From a virus (taxonomy: Duplodnaviria; Caudoviricetes), in IMG/VR virus record IMGVR_UViG_3300037461_000085, positions 1-28,120 of that record: a stretch of DNA of 28,120 nt; one strand, written 5' to 3'. The position numbers and the translations under genes are program-made. Of this stretch, positions 25,928-28,120 are shown one piece after another. How positions within the stretch are numbered: position 1 is the first letter of the stretch; each line of letters starts with the position of its first letter. The notes beneath the pieces were generated by a model. The model saw only the letters and a list, made by a program, of their open reading frames with translations, had not been told where the DNA came from and made no database searches.

Positions 25928-26127
25928 CAGTGAATCAGCCACTTACGCGCCGGCTTCGGCTGAAAATATTCACTACTGGCCTGGCTTGTTTCGGCTGTTG
26001 CCACAGTTGCTTGCGCGCGATAGCGCGTCTCCCTACGAACCAGAAGGTCGGAGGTTCGAATCCTTCCGGGCGCGCCACTTCAGTGAACGCGGCAGTGAAT
26101 ATTTTCGCTCGTAGTTAATATTCACTG
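25928..26127. other. attP region: tRNA-derived core with arm-type repeats and IHF-like site
   Basis: GAAAATATTCACT (25962-25974) is the inverse of AGTGAATATTTTC (26094-26106); further CAGTGAA at 25928 and 26081 and AATATTCACTG at 26117-26127; AATCAGCCACTTA (25933-25945) resembles WATCAANNNNTTR. Confidence 0.8.
26033..26077 (+). other. 3' half of tRNA-Arg(ACG), the att core; not a complete tRNA
   Basis: CTACGAA anticodon loop, CCAGA 3' stem, GGAGGTTCGAATCCTTCC T-arm, GGGCGCG-CCA end; upstream sequence lacks a matching acceptor 5' strand and D-arm. Confidence 0.9.
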
Positions 26128-27120
26128 TCGCGGCTTCGCTCTCTCGACTCCCCTCCGATAGAACCGCTCCGTCGTGCCGGCGCTCGCGTGACCGAGCCGG
26201 GCCCGCGCCTCCTCGAGCGTTCCTGCGTCCGCGGCCACCGATCTCAGGTCGTGAAACGTGAAGTGCTGCCCGCCCGCGGCGACGTGTTTCTTGATCAGCC
26301 GCTGCCAGATCGCCGAGAACCCGTCAGACGAGTAGCACTCACCACTGCGCGTGCGCAGCAGGTAGCGGCCGGGGACCTGCGGTTTCAGGGCCTTCGCCCG
26401 GGCCACGATCGCGCGCAGCTCGTCGCTCCACTCGATCAGCTGCTCCTTCTGTCCCTTGTTGTTCCAGAACTGGATGCCTTCGTCCGTGAGGTTGTCGCGC
26501 GTGAGCGATAGCAGGTCGCCGCGGCGCGGCCCCATGCACACCGCCAGGTCGATCGCCACGCGCATTCGCTCGTTCGCGAGCGCGCGGATCTTCTCGACCT
26601 CTGACATCGGCACCGGCGCCCGCTTGCTTCTGCGCTCGGTCTTCTCGAGGCCGCGCACTGGATTCACGGTGGCTACGCCCCAGCGGATCGCCTTAGCGTA
26701 CACGTGGCCGAGGAGGGCGATCTCGTGGCGGGCTGCCTCCGGCGCTGGCACCAGGTGCTTCGTCTTCGGGTCCAGCTTCTTCCGCCGGTCGGCGTACTGG
26801 TAGAGCATTTGCTGCGTGATGGAATCGGGCAGCATGTGGCCCGCCCAGACCTTCAGCCGGCTCAGGGCGGTGCCCTCGTTGTCGCGAGTTTTCTCCGACC
26901 GCTTCAGCGGCAGAATGTCGATCCGGTAGCGGTCGATCACGTCGCCCAACGTGCGACCGGACCAGTTTCCGTGGATCAGCTGACCGTATTTCGCGAGCGC
27001 CGACGACAGATCACGCCCGAGGTTCACTGGCTTGGCAGCCTTCGGGATGAACCAGTACGTGCCATTCTTGAGGTAGACCCTCTGCGGGAGGTGCTTATCC
27101 CGCCTGCGCCTGCGCCCCAT
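26122..27120 (-). CDS. int: Tyrosine integrase
   Basis: Catalytic set: GPRRGDL (R), NNKGQK (K), FHDLR (HxxR), LGH, FY (Y); adjacent to attP. Confidence 0.95.
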   Translation of the reverse strand: MGRRRRRDKHLPQRVYLKNGTYWFIPKAAKPVNLGRDLSSALAKYGQLIHGNWSGRTLGDVIDRYRIDILPLKRSEKTRDNEGTALSRLKVWAGHMLPDSITQQMLYQYADRRKKLDPKTKHLVPAPEAARHEIALLGHVYAKAIRWGVATVNPVRGLEKTERRSKRAPVPMSEVEKIRALANERMRVAIDLAVCMGPRRGDLLSLTRDNLTDEGIQFWNNKGQKEQLIEWSDELRAIVARAKALKPQVPGRYLLRTRSGECYSSDGFSAIWQRLIKKHVAAGGQHFTFHDLRSVAADAGTLEEARARLGHASAGTTERFYRRGVERAKPRQ

Positions 27121-27316
27121 GTAACGCCTCCCAGTTCGGCTCTTGTACGGCCGCTCGGCCGCCGACCATGTGACGATTGAACTCCGCCATCGCCACCACG
27201 GGCTCGCCCAGCGCGTTCACTGTGAACCGCCATCCGTGCCGCCGCAACCAGCGGACTTGCGCTGACGCGCGCTGGTAGCCGGTCAGCTTCTTCAGCTCCT
27301 CACTGCTCAGGAACAC
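27095..27316 (-). CDS. DUF4224 excisionase-like protein
   Basis: Probable GTG start 27316; FLS.EEL..LTGY.....Q.RWL...GW.F.VNA.G.PVV...EPNW.AL; overlaps the int start. Confidence 0.82.
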   Translation of the reverse strand: MFLSSEELKKLTGYQRASAQVRWLRRHGWRFTVNALGEPVVAMAEFNRHMVGGRAAVQEPNWEALHGAQAQAG

Positions 27317-27582
27317 CGGGGAGCTCTCCGTCGTTCGCGCTTCGGCCTCTGGCGCTCGAGGTGCCACCAGTCCGCGCCATCGAAACCGCACCGGCGGCAT
27401 ACGCCGTCGTCATCCATGTCGTGCCGCTGCAACTCCTCGAGGACCTCATCGAGCGTGAGAAACAGCCGATCGTTGCCGTCGAGCATGTAGCCGCCGCCGC
27501 GCATCATCCGCACGGTCGGATGCTCGACGCAGCGCCAGTCCTCGCCTTCACGTCGAAAATGCAGGCCCTCGCAGACGATCAC
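27307..27582 (-). CDS. Hypothetical protein with CxxC (CRRCG)
   Basis: 91 aa, overlaps both neighbours. Confidence 0.55.
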   Translation of the reverse strand: MIVCEGLHFRREGEDWRCVEHPTVRMMRGGGYMLDGNDRLFLTLDEVLEELQRHDMDDDGVCRRCGFDGADWWHLERQRPKRERRRAPRCS

Positions 27583-27908
27583 GAGAAAAGTCTCCGCAGT
27601 AGCTTGGGTGCTCCAGGTGCCACGGCGCGAGCGGCCGGTGGTGGCGGCGGTGGCGGTACTGCCGTAAACCGATAGTTCAGTTCGACGTCAAGGCACTGCC
27701 GGATCAGCTCCGGAATGGAGTCGCGCAGCTGCGGAGGCATCTTGTCGAAATGGACGCAATGCAGCGAGTGCAGGATCGTGTACGCCTCGCACTTCGGGTT
27801 GCGGTCTAGCATCTTCGCGACGTTGTCGATCGTGCAAATAGAAAGGTAGCCCTTCCCGAACATGTCGTTTAGGGCGGTGATCGCCGCCAGCGCTTTGAGG
27901 TCGTTCAC
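27579..27908 (-). CDS. Hypothetical phage protein
   Basis: 109 aa; ICTID...LHCVHF motif; poly-Pro tail; GTGA-coupled to the upstream gene. Confidence 0.7.
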   Translation of the reverse strand: MNDLKALAAITALNDMFGKGYLSICTIDNVAKMLDRNPKCEAYTILHSLHCVHFDKMPPQLRDSIPELIRQCLDVELNYRFTAVPPPPPPPAARAVAPGAPKLLRRLFS

Positions 27909-28120
27909 GCCGCTTCCTCCCTCGGAGCCTCGAGCAGCTTCGCCGACTGCACGCGATCAATCAGGCGCTCGCCGGTCGGCAGCAACATGTGAGGCATGAA
28001 GGCCGCCTCGAAACTCATCACGCCGCACTCGACGGCCGTGACCTGACCCTTCACCCAGTCCCGCAGCACCGAGCAGACCGAGATTCGTGCCTGCTTCAGC
28101 GCCTTCTGGTCGTGCTCCTG
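27905..28120 (-). CDS. Phage hypothetical protein, 5'-truncated by the window edge (not in ORF track)
   Basis: Open frame ...QARISVCSVLRDWVKGQVTAVECGVMSFEAAFMPHMLLPTGERLIDRV...EEAA* ending in a GTGA overlap. Confidence 0.75.
   Translation of the reverse strand, partial: QEHDQKALKQARISVCSVLRDWVKGQVTAVECGVMSFEAAFMPHMLLPTGERLIDRVQSAKLLEAPREEAA

Noticed and set aside
26000-26077. Complete phage tRNA gene
   Set aside because: Only the anticodon loop through CCA is tRNA-like; the upstream sequence cannot form the acceptor or anticodon stems, so it is an att core
25930-26118. 62-aa ORF across attP
   Set aside because: Chance frame through the tRNA fragment and arm sites; the TNQKVGGSNPSGRA translation is simply tRNA sequence

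Overview
A GC-rich temperate siphovirus segment in free (unintegrated) genome order. The + strand carries one continuous late operon: terminase, HK97-type protease, capsid and portal (portal placed after the capsid), neck, lambda-like tail tube, frameshifted tail chaperone, tape measure, an RcGTA-like tail tip (DUF2460, DUF2163, NlpC/P60, megatron, DUF2793) and a lysis cassette. An intact attP carrying the 3' half of tRNA-Arg(ACG) follows, then a convergent tyrosine integrase, a DUF4224 excisionase-like gene and small early genes. Two freestanding homing endonucleases (GIY-YIG, HNH) are inserted in the late operon. The most striking feature is a five-gene glycan-building module interleaved with, and translationally coupled to, the head-tail joining genes: a Maf/CstII-like transferase, a GT2-like enzyme, a GT-D (DUF1792) enzyme, an FkbM methyltransferase and a GT8-like enzyme. 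Both the major capsid and tail tube proteins end in Ser-Thr. Together these suggest a virion glycosylation system in a phage of a diderm, probably proteobacterial, host. Other leads are an uncalled 31-aa peptide plus structured RNA in front of the tail tube gene, TonB-box-like motifs in the tape measure protein, and an HNH element that appears to have split the spanin pair and rebuilt the o-spanin start. All family assignments come from motif recognition by eye; no searches were run.
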